Assembly (NCBI RefSeq): GCF_009834535.1
Contig: NC_045696.1
Coordinates: 105,712,001-105,776,000 of the forward strand
Source: Camelus ferus
Taxonomy: Eukaryota
Length of the DNA stretch: 64,000 nucleotides
Direction of reading: 5' to 3'
Shown: in pieces, positions 52,464 through 64,000 of the stretch
Numbering within the stretch: position 1 is the first letter of the stretch
How the letters are laid out: every line of letters begins with the position of its first letter
The notes under the pieces: generated by a model
The model's input: the letters and a program-made list of their open reading frames with translations, nothing else
Databases searched by the model: none
What the model was told of the DNA's origin: nothing
Position numbers and translations under genes: made by a program

Positions 52464-52514
52464 GTGTGTGTGCGTGTCTGTGTGTGCGTGTCTGCGCGCG
52501 CGCGCACACACACA
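52464..52514. repeat. (TG)n-(CG)n-(CA)n alternating purine-pyrimidine tract
   Basis: gtgtgtgtgcgtgtctgtgtgtgcgtgtctgcgcgcgcgcgcacacacaca. Confidence 0.9.
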
Positions 52515-52769
52515 AGTGCAGAATATATGTGCAGCTGTGTGGGTACACACCCAGCCTACATAATTTGTTCTCGATTCACACACTCTTCAGATGAAGGAAA
52601 GACCATCCCTTGGCATAATAAATGATGTCCCAGAACCTGTGGGCACCCATTTCTCACAGAAAATTAGAGCCTAGGCAGTCCCGCCTGTCCAGAAAGTGCC
52701 AGCCTCCACACTCAGGTGCTCCCTCCATCTGCACTTTACCTCATCTCCCGTGTCCCGACCTAGAGAATG

Positions 52770-53430
52770 TCTTAGCTACGCCTTCTTGCGGCCACAGGAA
52801 GCTGCAGTCGGTCCCGCCGTCTCAGAGAGGATCCTTTATTCCCTTCGCGGGACGTGCACCCGAGGCAGGGCTTAGCGGAGGGGGGCAGTGCGGAAGCCAG
52901 CGGCCGTGGGCTGAGGACGTCAAGGAGACATGAAGATGGCAAGGCGACCGCTGTGCAGGACCCGAGCCGGCCCGGCCGCCCTGGGCGCGCGCATCTGCGC
53001 TCCGGAGCCCGGGGGCCACGCTCCACTCCCGGGCGCGAGGCCCCGCGCGCTGAGCTGGGGCGGGCTCCCCGCGGGCTTCCTGCGCCGCCGTGAGGAGAGA
53101 TAACACGGTCTGGCCCCGGCCCTGGCCCACAGCGCCCGCCGCCGCTTCCGGCCGGCGGTACAAAGCGAGGAAGCCCCCCACGTCGGGCGAGACCCGCTTC
53201 CGGCCCACGGGACGCGCCGCCGTGCGCGCTCAGCGCCCTACGCCCTCGGCACGCGGCGGGCCTGGCACACCCGGAAGCGGCGCCTTCCTTCCTCCACCTG
53301 CAGGCCTGGCGAGACTGCTGGCAGCCTTTGCCTTCAAGGCCTCTGGGACCCTCTCCTGAATTCCCCTCCTCTTCATCCTGGCTCCTCACTGTCCATGAAC
53401 ATAAACGTGCGGACCCCTAACACGTGTCCT
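52770..53430. promoter_or_regulatory. Orphan CpG island about 10.5 kb upstream of the FOXL2 promoter
   Basis: Dense CpG and high GC, with three CCGGAAGCG-type ETS motifs and no credible ORF. Confidence 0.75.
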
Positions 53431-54689
53431 AGAGTCCCTCCAACGCCTAATAACATTTGAAAGCCTAATCTTTCTCCTGACTAAATGTTCACCTAAAAGA
53501 AAGAACCACTAAATGTGGAATCCCAGACATTCATTCAACAAACATTTTCTGCCAGACATACAGGTGCATCAGACACTAAGAATACAAAGATGGTAACAAC
53601 ACAGCCACTGCCCTCAGAGAGTTCACAGTCTAGTAGAAAGAGGTAAACAAATTAAAAATAATCTACAGCAGGGGGCAGTAATTGCTGGGATAGAAGGAAG
53701 CAGGAACAAGGTGCCATGGGATCCCAAGACCCAGCCTAGCCTGCTGATGTAGATTATTCCGCAGGGGAATACCTCTGAGAAGAGGTGATCCTTGAGCAGA
53801 CTTTAAGAGTGAATAGCAAGCAGCTGAGAAGACGCTGATAGGCAAGTAACCTTTATTAAGACCCACATGATCAATGATGCACCCCTAGTTCGGGGTGAGA
53901 GGAGGGGTGTACAGGAACACAGAGCACCCAGAATGTGGGCAGTCTGAGAAGGCCACATGGCCTGTTGAAGGCAGGGGGCATGCTCAGCTCACCTTCAGAG
54001 CCCTGTTTCTGGCATACCATAAAACTTAAGAACATTCTGTTGAATAATAGATCAAGTGTTGCTTGTCTTCGCAATCAGACTGCAGAAGACTCTTCAAAGG
54101 TAGAATGGAGGTCTTTTCTTAGGTCCGACAGAGCACTTGGCACATATCTTGGCACTTGATACTCAGCTGAAAGTACCCCTTGATTAAGGCAATAACATGC
54201 TGTCCTCCGGCCCCCAGCACATGCAGTGGCATTGGGGGTCAGCTTAGCTTCTCCTTGGGGAGGACCTTTACCTGCCAGACCTTCCCAGATTATCCAGCCA
54301 GAAATTTCTCTTTTCTTCATCTTCCCTCCTCTGGCACCTGTGTCGTGGGCTGGGGAGCTGTGTACGGGCTGTGTACTTGTTACCTGGAGCTCCCAGTGGG
54401 CAGAAATCATACGTTGCTCCACTCTGCATCCCCACACCTTGAACAGCCCCTGCACAGAAAAGGGGTTCAACATATGTGTATGAAGAAACAAATGATGTGA
54501 TTGGGGAGTTGTGTATTTGTTCATTCATTCTTTTTTCCTTCCTTTCTTCTTTTGGGTGGAAGACACTGCTTAATATGTTTTGGGACCCACAGAATCAGCC
54601 AGGTCCTAAATGATCACTTAGAGTCCCATTGTCCTTGTCATTAAACATAAGAAGACTCAGTCATTCACTCTGCCTGTCCTTCACAGACC

Positions 54690-56830
54690 CTACCTCAGGG
54701 CAATCAAATGATTGATAAGGAGGAGTTTCTCTTTATGGAAGAGCGCAGTTAGTTAATGAAGAAGGAAGAGCGAGATTAGAATATCACTGTTTTCCAGATG
54801 AACCCTAATGAATAATGGCTCTAGACAGTGATCATCAATGGCTGTTAAAATCCAAAAGAGAAAAAACTAAACATTAGTGTGTCCTGAAAGAACTATGCAA
54901 CACTACTGGCGAAGTTTTCTTGCCAAAATGTCAAACTTGGTCTAACCAAGCCTCTAGATTTACCAGTGCACAGGAAATACAGAGGACAGAGGAGCATGTT
55001 AAAGGATGCCACAGGGATGCAATCAGCAAAATCCAGGCTGGGAGAAGCCCTAGAGGACAAGGGGCCCACTATCTCACAGACAGAATGCAAGGAGGAAAAA
55101 AGAGAAGAGCCAAATCTATAAGTTAAGAGACTCAAGAGGTATACTAACCAAATGTAGCATATGGATCTTGTTTGGATCCAGCCTCAGAACAACTATAAAA
55201 TCCTTTTGAGATTAATGAGAAATTTTTAACACTGTGTATTTGATATACTAAAACAAAATCACCCTTAATTTTTAGGTATGATGATAGTATTGTGGCTATG
55301 TTTTTCAAGTGCTTATATTTTAGGGACATGATCTCACATATAGACAAGTGAAGTAAGATGATGTCTGGAATTGGCTTCAAGAGAATCTGGTGGGGAAAGG
55401 GTGAAGGTGTGAAATGTGCTACAATAACAGGCTTAAAACAAAGAGATCAAAGATGATGATGATAATGATGATGATTGCCTTTTAGTGCTTCCTCTGTACC
55501 AGATCCTGTGCTAAATACTTTTCACACAGTATCTTACTTAATCTTCTCAAGAACCATGTGACCTAGATACTATCACCACTGTTTGCAGATGAGGGAACTG
55601 AGGCACAGAGAGGCTGCATAATGGCCCAAAGTCACACAGCAAGTAGACAGCAGAGCCAGAATTTAAGTACAGATCTACTGAAATCTGAGCCCATATTCTC
55701 TCCCACTCCACTCTCTCACTCACTGACACTGACTTCCCGGGGTACACGCAATATTCTTTCTGTTTTACAGATGAAGAAGCTGAAGCTCTGTTCAGCAAAA
55801 ACTAGTAAAGTTGAAGATACCTGTATCCTTTGGTAAACTGTAGCACAGGAGCACTAGCAGACATACACAGGTTCCATAGCAGGACAGTTGGTAACATTAA
55901 AGAATAGGAAATAATCCAACATCCCTCAACAGGAACATGGATAAATAAACCATGCTGTATTCATATATGTTGTATACAATGGAATGGTGCAACCCAGTGA
56001 AAATGAATGGAATTTGTCTTTGTGTCTCAATCAGGAACTTTTCACAAATCTAAGGTTGAATGAAAAAGCAAGCACGTGTCTTTCTGCAACAGCATGATAC
56101 CATTTACATAAAGTTATGAAACACAAAGCAATACTAAGTATTGCCTAGGAATGGATACACACATAGTACAAGTATTAAAAACAGCTATGGGAACACTTGG
56201 CACCAAGTTTACCATGGTAATCACCTCAGGAGAGAGGGACAGAGAGGGATCAACGAAGGAGACAGAGGGGCCCTCCACTATATCTGCAAAATTTGTTTGT
56301 TAAAAAGAAAGACGTGTTAGTGAGGTTGTAGAGAAGCAGGAATCATATACATTCTTGGTGGGCATGTACACTGCTTCAGTCTATAAGGAGGGTAATTTGG
56401 TAACATCTATCAAAGTCACAATTGCACACACCCTTTGACCCAACTCCACACTTACAGAATTTTTTTGTACAGATATGTGTACACACCTACAAAATTAGGC
56501 ATATACAAGATTGTACATTACCATATTGTTTATAAAATCAAAGGATTGGAAACAAACTAATACTACATGGCTCAAAAAGAGGATGTATTGATATAGAAAG
56601 ATTTCTAAGGTGCAGATGCCACCCTGGGCAAAAAGTGAGGGAGGGCAAAAGAATGTATGTGGTATGTTTGCATATGTGTAAAATATATCCAGAGGATACA
56701 CATGAAACTAAGGTCACTGGCTGCCTGTGAGAAGGGTGGCTTGGGGATAGAAGTGGGAGACTTTTCATTGTAAGTCTTCCATATTTTTTAAATGTTGGTA
56801 TATGCAGATATATTACCTATTCAAAGAATG
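54690..56830 (+). mobile_element. Cluster of old L1M 3' UTR fragments with an intervening MIR (about 55470-55800)
   Basis: atggatcttgtttggatcc..tgatgtctggaattggcttcaa; ttgcagatgagggaactgaggcacagagagg; gcacacaccctttgaccca. Confidence 0.65.
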
Positions 56831-58009
56831 ATAAACTGTTAAAACTCCAAAGCTCAGCAAGTTTCCATAATCTTCCAGGCTGATGCCTATAAGAATTAGG
56901 ACAGTAGTCTGTGTTAACCACTCCACACGGTGCCCCCTAGCCTGTGGGGGTGTGCATCAGTGACAGTACCAGGCACCAGGACCTCCGTTCCACCTGCACC
57001 TCTGTGCCCTAGAGCAGACCTTGTGTATTTCTGGACCTGAGTTCCCATCAGACATAGTACTAGTTCCCATTCCTCAGAAGTGCTGCCTCCTAACAAAGGA
57101 CTAGGACCAACAGGTACCTGTAACAGAGCACACCAGAATCCTAGACTGTTCCCACCCAAAGCCCCAAAATCCTGATCACTGTTTCCCCAACAAAAGCCTG
57201 CTTGTACCACGACACAGCCTTTCAGCAATTACCCCCAATTATAAACCCACAGCCCAGCAAGTCTTCAATTAGTCTGAAAGGGGGCCTGAGGAGAGGCCAG
57301 CTGCACAGAGCATAGAGCCCACAAATGGCCTCTACCCACCCACAGGGGTAGCACACTCCTTCCAGTGAAGCCCAGGGTCTTGGATACTTGGTAACAATGT
57401 CCTCAGAACCATAACCATGGCTGTTGGCTCTCCTTCTCAGAGTGACCGACCATTCTCTGCAGGGCCCAGTCAAGTACAATGTCCCCAAGTACAGCTCTCT
57501 AGACTCCACGCTCTCTCCCTGAACAGATCACACACATCCTTGCCACTTACCACTTTCCCAGGCAAGGTGTGACATCTTCAGGCTAGCATCCATCAACCCC
57601 CAATAAACATCCCTGGACGAACCTACAGGTAGAAGGATGCCCCAGGCTGCTGCTTCTAAAGAACCACGGTTATGGGCTTGGCTCAGTGTATTAGGAGGAG
57701 AATCAAATGCCCAACTCTTCCCAGGGAAGGGTAGCCTCTGAATTCTTCTCAGAATCATCCAGAAACAGACTTGTCCCCTGCTGAGTCCGGGGTGTGGCAA
57801 CCTTGAGGTTTTCATGAATTGGCCTGTCTTCTTCACAGTGAGTGTGCTTGGTGTGAGAAAGACTGTGTGCGTATGTGTGTGTACACAGATCTCAAGCCTG
57901 GCTATGACCATGCATTGGAAGAGGAAATGGGTCTTATAAATAGCAGCTAGATTTGATTGGATGGAAGGAAGGACTTCCTGACCTCGCAGGGACAAATAGA
58001 GGCACAAAC

Positions 58010-58900
58010 GCAGGGGTGAAACTCAGGGCTCCGAAGTCCCACTGCCACTTAGTGGCTGGGCGCCTTCAGCAAGTTACCTGACTTTGCTGAGCCTGTTTCT
58101 TCATCTATCAAATGGGAATAGTACCAACACCTCAGTCTGTCATAAAAATGAAATGAGAAAATGCATGTAAATTCCCTGGCTCAATATAAGTGCTTAAAAA
58201 AGGATAGCTATTCCATTCCTTTATAATGATGACAATGAGAATAACAGCTGGAGGTGCACAGAGGCCTTTAGGGAATGCCTTCTCAAAGGAAAAGGCCCTG
58301 TTACAGCATGTCTGTCTGTCTGTCTGTCTGTATAGCACTGTAGTTTGTTCTTCCACTTTGGAAAACTGGCAATCTCTACTAAAACTAAACTCTCCTACTC
58401 TCCAAGGTAGTCATTCAAGAGTAATGAAATGCCCTTCACCAAAAAAAGATGTAAAAAATATTGACAGCACTTTTATTTATGATATCCCAAAAGTGGAAAC
58501 AACACAAATGTCCCGTAGGTGAACAGATAAGCAAATTGTGGACAATTACATGGCAATAGAGAGAAATAAATGCCTGACACATGCAACAAGATGAATGAAT
58601 ATCAAAAAACATTATGCAGAAGAAACCAGACTGAAAAGAGTATATGTTTTATGCTCTATTTATATGAAGCTCAGAGCAGGCAAAGTTAATCTATGGTGAT
58701 AGAGATCAGAATACACATTACCTTTGGGAGTAGGTATTGATGAGGAAAGATATGAGGGAAACTTCTGAGGTGACAGAAATGTTAATGTTCTGTAGCTTGA
58801 TCACAGTCGTGGATACGTGTTGCATTATATGTAAAAATACATCAAGCTGTACACTTGAGATGCATATTGTTTACCACATGTAAGTTACACAGCACACACA
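58010..58900 (+). mobile_element. MIR (58010-58230) and old L1M 3' UTR (58350-58900)
   Basis: ctgagcctgtttcttcatctatcaaatggg; aggcaaagttaatctatggtgatagagatcagaata. Confidence 0.7.
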
Positions 58901-60759
58901 CATACACATACCATTGTGGCATGATGGAAATCTCCTTCCAAAAGCCAGTAATATAAAACACAAATCTCGGCCCTTCTCCCTCCCTTCCTCTGGACCTCAT
59001 CATAGCTAGGCATCTAAAACTGCCCTCTTGCCTGGAGGCCCTTTAGATGGTGCCCATCTGCAAAGAGAAATCTGAATAAGGACCAAGAACAAGGGCTCTC
59101 TCAGGCATCCCCTCATGGCCCTGTTTGGGGCTCCAGACAACAGGCCTTACCTTGCAAGCCAGCTACCACAGATACAGAAGTCTCTCGATTTCTAGTAAAG
59201 TTTAGTTTGAATGTTTCAGGCAGGTACTCACCATGATCAGGGAACCAGGCATGTGTCCTGTGTCCCTGCCTAAGGTTCAGCAACATGACTGTACAGCTGT
59301 AATGAGCAGACAGCCCCAAATGGTAGAGGACTCTCAGATCCTGAGCTGGCCCTCTGTGGTCCAGCCATTCTTCCCCACCTGCAGTCCTTTTCTTAGACAT
59401 TCCAGTTTCATTACAAGAAAAATGGCATCTCTCAATTCTCTGTGGAGCACAGCCATTTTCCAATTCCACTGGAATGCATTAAGGCCTCCCTGTTAGGAAG
59501 CACTGAGTGGCAAGTGGAGGACAGTCTCTGCCCATCAAGGCTTACAGTTCAGATATGGAAAAAGGCAACTTTAAACAACATAGTACGTTCTCAACCATGT
59601 GTTGGGGATTACTGGCAGGGTACTCACTGTTCAGGGCTGAACAAAATGGCTTTGGGCCATGGGAGTCACAGCCATGGGTTATCAGAAGATGCTGGTTAGC
59701 AGCTCCTGCCACCGTAGACTTTCTCTGGGAGCATTCCAGAGGTCTTTGGATGGGGGAGATCCTGACATGGCCCAGGAACCAGCCCCCTCTGCCTTTTCTT
59801 CTTAAATAGGCTCAGCCAGGAGAAAGGCTTACGACTACCCTGCAGTCTGCCTCGTACAGGGTAGGGCACACATTCCTTGGGGAAAGAGGTGCTGGTGGAC
59901 TTGTGGTCCAACATCAGTGAGATACAGAGGAACCCAGGACTCTAATCTGTTGCCTCCCAACCCAGCCAGCCAGCCAGGGGGGGTGGGCGGTGCAGATTCA
60001 GCAAGATACTTACCAACCAGAAACAGCTCTAGGCTCTCAGCTCTCATCTGTGAGTTCTTCTCCAGAATAAGTAGTGGCTTGTGTGCATGTGCTCTTTCAT
60101 TCTCATTCTCATTCTCTCATTCATTCTCTCCCCACCCCCACCCCCTGCACTTGCCTACTCTTTATCACTCTCTCTCCCAAGCACTTACTTGGATAAGTGA
60201 CTCTGCTAATCCTAACCAGGCAGAATAATGCCTGCTGGCCCGGGCCTGGCACTATGTGGATGTGTGCAGGAGCGAGAACCAGAACCATGCAACCTTCTCT
60301 GCAGCCTGTTAGTTCGGGCAGCGAGCTCAGCTACAAGACAGAAATGAAGCCTGTGTGAGTGGTCTGTGTGTGTTAAAATACATCAGGGGTATGCTGTGTG
60401 CCTGAGCTTCTCTAAAGAACTCTAAACAGCAGCTTTGCCATGGGAACATCCAGGCAGGTGGCAGCCCAGTCACCCTAACCACAGACCAAGGACATCAGAG
60501 AATCAGCAGGCTTCTGGGAGTCAGACTGGTAGACATGGAGCCAAGAGATCAGTGTGTCATGAGATATATGGGTGCGGGAGTGTGTGAAGAGACTTTAGAG
60601 TCCCAGCATCAGACATGTTTCCCACAAAAATGTGCAGGACCTGAACTAGTATACGTGACAGGTGAGTGTGAGAGAGTAGTGGGGAAAAGGAGAGCTGGAG
60701 GGAATAGGGGGTTGACTGTGAGAGAGATGGATGGAGGAATGTTACCTGGGTAGAGGGAC

Positions 60760-61510
60760 CCGGAGTCCGTGGGGTGAGGTGGGCTGGGGTAGTGCTGCTA
60801 GTTGAGGTGCAGAGTCGCGTGGGGATGTGTTAATCAACAAGGTATTCAAGCTTCCCTTTTCCTGCCGTGGAGCGGCAGAGATCCCTCTCGCCCCGCAGGA
60901 GTGGGGAGCGGTGGGTGCTCGCAGCCCCGCCGCCGGCGGCGGCACGGGACAAGCGGCGGCGCAGGACAAGCTGAACGGGGCCGGGGCAGCGCTGCCCGCC
61001 TGGGGGCCGCTGTCCGCTCACCTGGCAGGGCCCGACCTCCGGGATCCCGAGGTGCGGGACGCTCCCTCGGTTGTCTCAGGATTCCTGGCCATGGGAAGAG
61101 GACTGCCTCGCTCCATCAGAGCCGAGTGAACTGCTTCGGCCAGCTGTCGGGGCCTTGGCGGCGCGGGGCGGGCGCGTAGCCGGCGGGTCTCTGCACGGCG
61201 TCAGCCCGTGGCGGCCGGGAGGGTAGCCCAGAGCCGCAGCGGCGGGCCTCCGGGAAACCTGGGCTAGAGAGGCTGGGAGCTCCCCGCCGCCCCTCGTCCC
61301 CGTTCCTTGGACATGGGAACCGCCCCGAGGTCACTGGGCCAGGGCCCTGCGTCGCCAGAAGGCAGCAGGGAAAGGGGACGGCCCTGGTGCCACACACAAA
61401 CCTGGGCACGGTCTGTCCTGCGGGACGGGATCCCTACCTTGCCCGGAAGCGGGGCGCTACCCCAGCTGCCCAAGAGAGTTGAGAAGTAAACCAAGGCGCG
61501 CCCCATCGCT
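60760..61510. promoter_or_regulatory. CpG island overlapping the distal part of FOXL2NB
   Basis: Dense CpG and GC content, seen directly. Confidence 0.75.
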
Positions 61511-63690
61511 TCCTGGAAAGAGCAATACCTAGGGAGCAGGACTCCTCTTCTTTCCAGTCAGAAAATCCTTTAGAGGAACCCCTTCCTTTAACACACACGC
61601 ACACACACACACAGGCTCCTTAAGGCTGAAAAGGGAGCCGAGTTTGGAATTCAGGGAAGTGATGACACACACAACAATGCTGTCACACCTGGCTGCTACA
61701 GGCCAGCGGCGGAAATGCCTGCAAGGGGTTGGGGGTTGGGGGACAGAGTCGGGGGGAGGGGGGAGATGGCCCCAGCCTGGGTGGTCAGAAAAAAAAAAAA
61801 GGAGAGAGCAGCACCCCCTCCCCCCAAGGTAGGGCCAGATCCAGCTGTTTTTTTTCCCCCTGCCAAAGCCCTAGGGGAGGATGGGCATTGAGGTTAATCT
61901 GCAGCAGCCCAAAACCCAACTCACCCCATGCCCACCCATAGCCTGGGCACAAATTGGAGTGAGGACGAAGAAAAACACCTTCACTCCTGCTCAGGAAGCA
62001 GTCACAGAGGTTTTGAAGAAGAGCTAGTTGTTGGGAGCGGTGAATGAATCCAATCAAGCCACTTTGAGATCTTTTCAATGGTGAAGGATGAAGGTATTTA
62101 CTGAGGTGAGTTACTGCTCCCTCTTGCTGTAGTGGTCAGACCAGGCTGCCCTGCTGACCTCTCAGGAGTCATCTTGTGGATGCTGAATTCCAAAGAGCAC
62201 AGCATCCTTTCCTTTAATCTCAGAATGCAGATCTGGGCCCTAGTGGGAAGAGGCAGCATATATAGGTGGCCTGCAGTTGCTGGGGCCATAGGCCACCAAG
62301 GGCTCTTCAGGCTTCCTCAGAGACTGGGAGGCTCGGGAGGAAGAGGCAATGACAGGCATTGGGCCAGCCACTCCAGACATGACATCCATTCAGTCCACAT
62401 TACTTCACAAAGTATCCTGGCCTCCTCAGCACCAAGGAGTTGGGGCATGAGGACTCAAAACACCCAGCCAGCTCTCTCACACTTTATGATTGCGGACTTT
62501 TTGTTAAGGCTGAGTTAACTGTTAAAAGGCACACCTGGCTATTTTGCCAGCACTGATTTTCCCAGCACTGATTTTCCCTGAGACAACCTCCATGCATGCA
62601 GATGTAACTGGGTCCCAATCAGACTTCTGCGGTGAGAACTCACCCCTCAGCCCTGGAGAAAGATCAGAACAAATGTAGTGTCAGGAGAGAGATTTGAACA
62701 AGTGTCTCCCTCACAGCCTGTTATTTTTCTTCCTAGGCTGTGACAGACTATATACACTGGCAGTAAGAGAGCCAGGAAGAAAAGGAAGAAAGGGAGGGAA
62801 GAAGGAGAAAAAGAAAGGAAAGAAAGAAAGAAAGGAAAGGGAAGGAAGGAAGGAAGGAAGAAGGGAAGGAAAGATAATGAAAGGAGAGAGGCGAGGGGAG
62901 AGAAAAGAGGAAAAAGAAGATGCAATGTCCATGATCCATATTTATTCTGATACATGATAAACATGTCATTACATGTCTATAAATATAAATGTGTTTTACC
63001 CCATAAATATAAATCAAGCACCTTGCACATGTACACACCTGTTTCTGCACCAGCACACATGCTCCTGGACAGCTGGTATTTCACGTGTCACAAGGACAGG
63101 CTCCCCATGACTTCTGTTTGCGGTACCGATGCACATACAGATTCAGTCCTCCAAAGCCTTACCGGAACATTCGCGCCTGTGTCGGAGCAGAAGCAGAGAG
63201 GGGTCTACCTGGTGGTGTTAAAGCATACATCAAACCCGTAGGATTACCTCGCAGATACTGAGGAGGGGTCTGGTCCCTAGGTCCAGGGACGGCGCAAGGA
63301 AGAGCAGAGGGTCTTCAGGCAGAGCCCCTGGGCACTTCTTCCCAGCGATCCTCTTCCCCAGCTCCATCCCGGCCCAGTCACTCTGAGAGCGCGAGGGACA
63401 GGACAGGCCGAGGTTTCTTCGTTCAGTGACACGCGTTTCTGGGCTGATTTTCCCAAAGCCACCGCGCAGCTAGCTTTCTCCACCCCACCCCCGTCCGGCC
63501 CCCTTGCCGTCCTGCCCCTCCCCCGGGCCCGAGCTAGAAGTTTAGCCTCAAGCCAGCAACGAAGGGCAGAGCAAAGGAGTCGTTTCCTTTCACCTGGAAG
63601 CTGCGAGGCTTGGCGCGCCTCTCCCAACTAGGGCCCGAGCTCCCTGGGCACCGACCGAGTGCGGACGGACCCCGCCGGGGCCCTCGGCAT
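60830..63690 (-). ncRNA. FOXL2NB: FOXL2NB (C3orf72; goat PFOXic) orthologous divergent transcript locus, ORF disabled; only the span homologous to the human CDS is given
   Basis: Minus-strand ATG at 63690 gives MPRAPAGSVRTRSVPRELGP*, against recalled human [21 protein letters not shown]. Donor CAG|GTGAAA after 63594. Near 61085 the minus strand reads GILRQPRERPAPRDPGGRALPGER, against human [30 protein letters not shown] and KGKL motifs lie at 60830-60960. Confidence 0.75.
62775..62920. repeat. Polypurine (GAAA/GGAA) low-complexity tract
   Basis: About 145 nt almost entirely A/G. Confidence 0.9.
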
Positions 63691-64000
63691 CTCCCGGCCC
63701 AGTCCGCAGAGCGAGCACCGGCAGACCCAAGGGCTTGTGAGAGCGTGAGCCCGGCTGTCCGCCGGCCCCCTAAGCTCCCTGGGAGGGGGCAGGCCCGTCC
63801 GGGCTGTGCGGGGCGTTTACAAAAAGTGACTTGGAGATGAACTCTCCCGTGCGCGACTGGCCGCCCCGCTATAGGGGCGAAGGCGCCTGACGCAAGCGGA
63901 ACTCGGCGGAGCCCATACGAATCAGAACAGAGCGAGGCTCCTGGCGCACTAGGGACTCCAGGAGGCAGCTTCGCCAGAGACGCGGGTCGTGCCTCGGGAA
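63270..64000 (+). promoter_or_regulatory. FOXL2: FOXL2/FOXL2NB bidirectional CpG-island promoter and upstream/5' leader region of FOXL2 (CDS outside the window)
   Basis: ccgccccgctataggggcgaaggcgcctgacgcaagcggaactcgg..gagcccatacgaatcagaacagagcgaggctcctggcgcactagggactccaggaggcagc matches the human FOXL2 upstream sequence as I recall it. Synteny with PRR23 and FOXL2NB agrees. Confidence 0.85.

Noticed and set aside
52772..53389. 205-aa ORF across the CpG island
   Set aside because: Low-complexity Arg/Gly/Pro/Ala product typical of stop-poor CpG islands.

Overview
Mammalian genomic DNA, very probably from a camelid, judged by five tRNA-Ala(AGC)-derived SINEs of the Vic-1 type. From memory it is orthologous to the human 3q22-23 PRR23-FOXL2NB-FOXL2 interval, read on the FOXL2 sense strand. 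It holds one intact intronless PRR23-family gene (5053-5829, +) and a disabled tandem paralogue (about 11899-12627). An AT-rich block of nested L1 and SINE insertions fills about 13-29 kb, followed by a GC-richer MIR/L2 region and an orphan CpG island near 53 kb. The far end has the FOXL2/FOXL2NB bidirectional promoter and a recognisable but ORF-disabled FOXL2NB on the minus strand. The FOXL2 CDS lies beyond the window. The most notable details are a tailless 5'-half tRNA-Met retrocopy, an L1 flanked by a ~145-bp direct repeat, two L1 copies sharing a foreign 3' tail, a cyclin-docking-like C-terminus and a palindromic half-CRE pair in PRR23, and an orphan exon-like cassette. Homologies and repeat family names come from recognition, not database searches. 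Nearly all other ORFs in the track are L1 fragments or chance.
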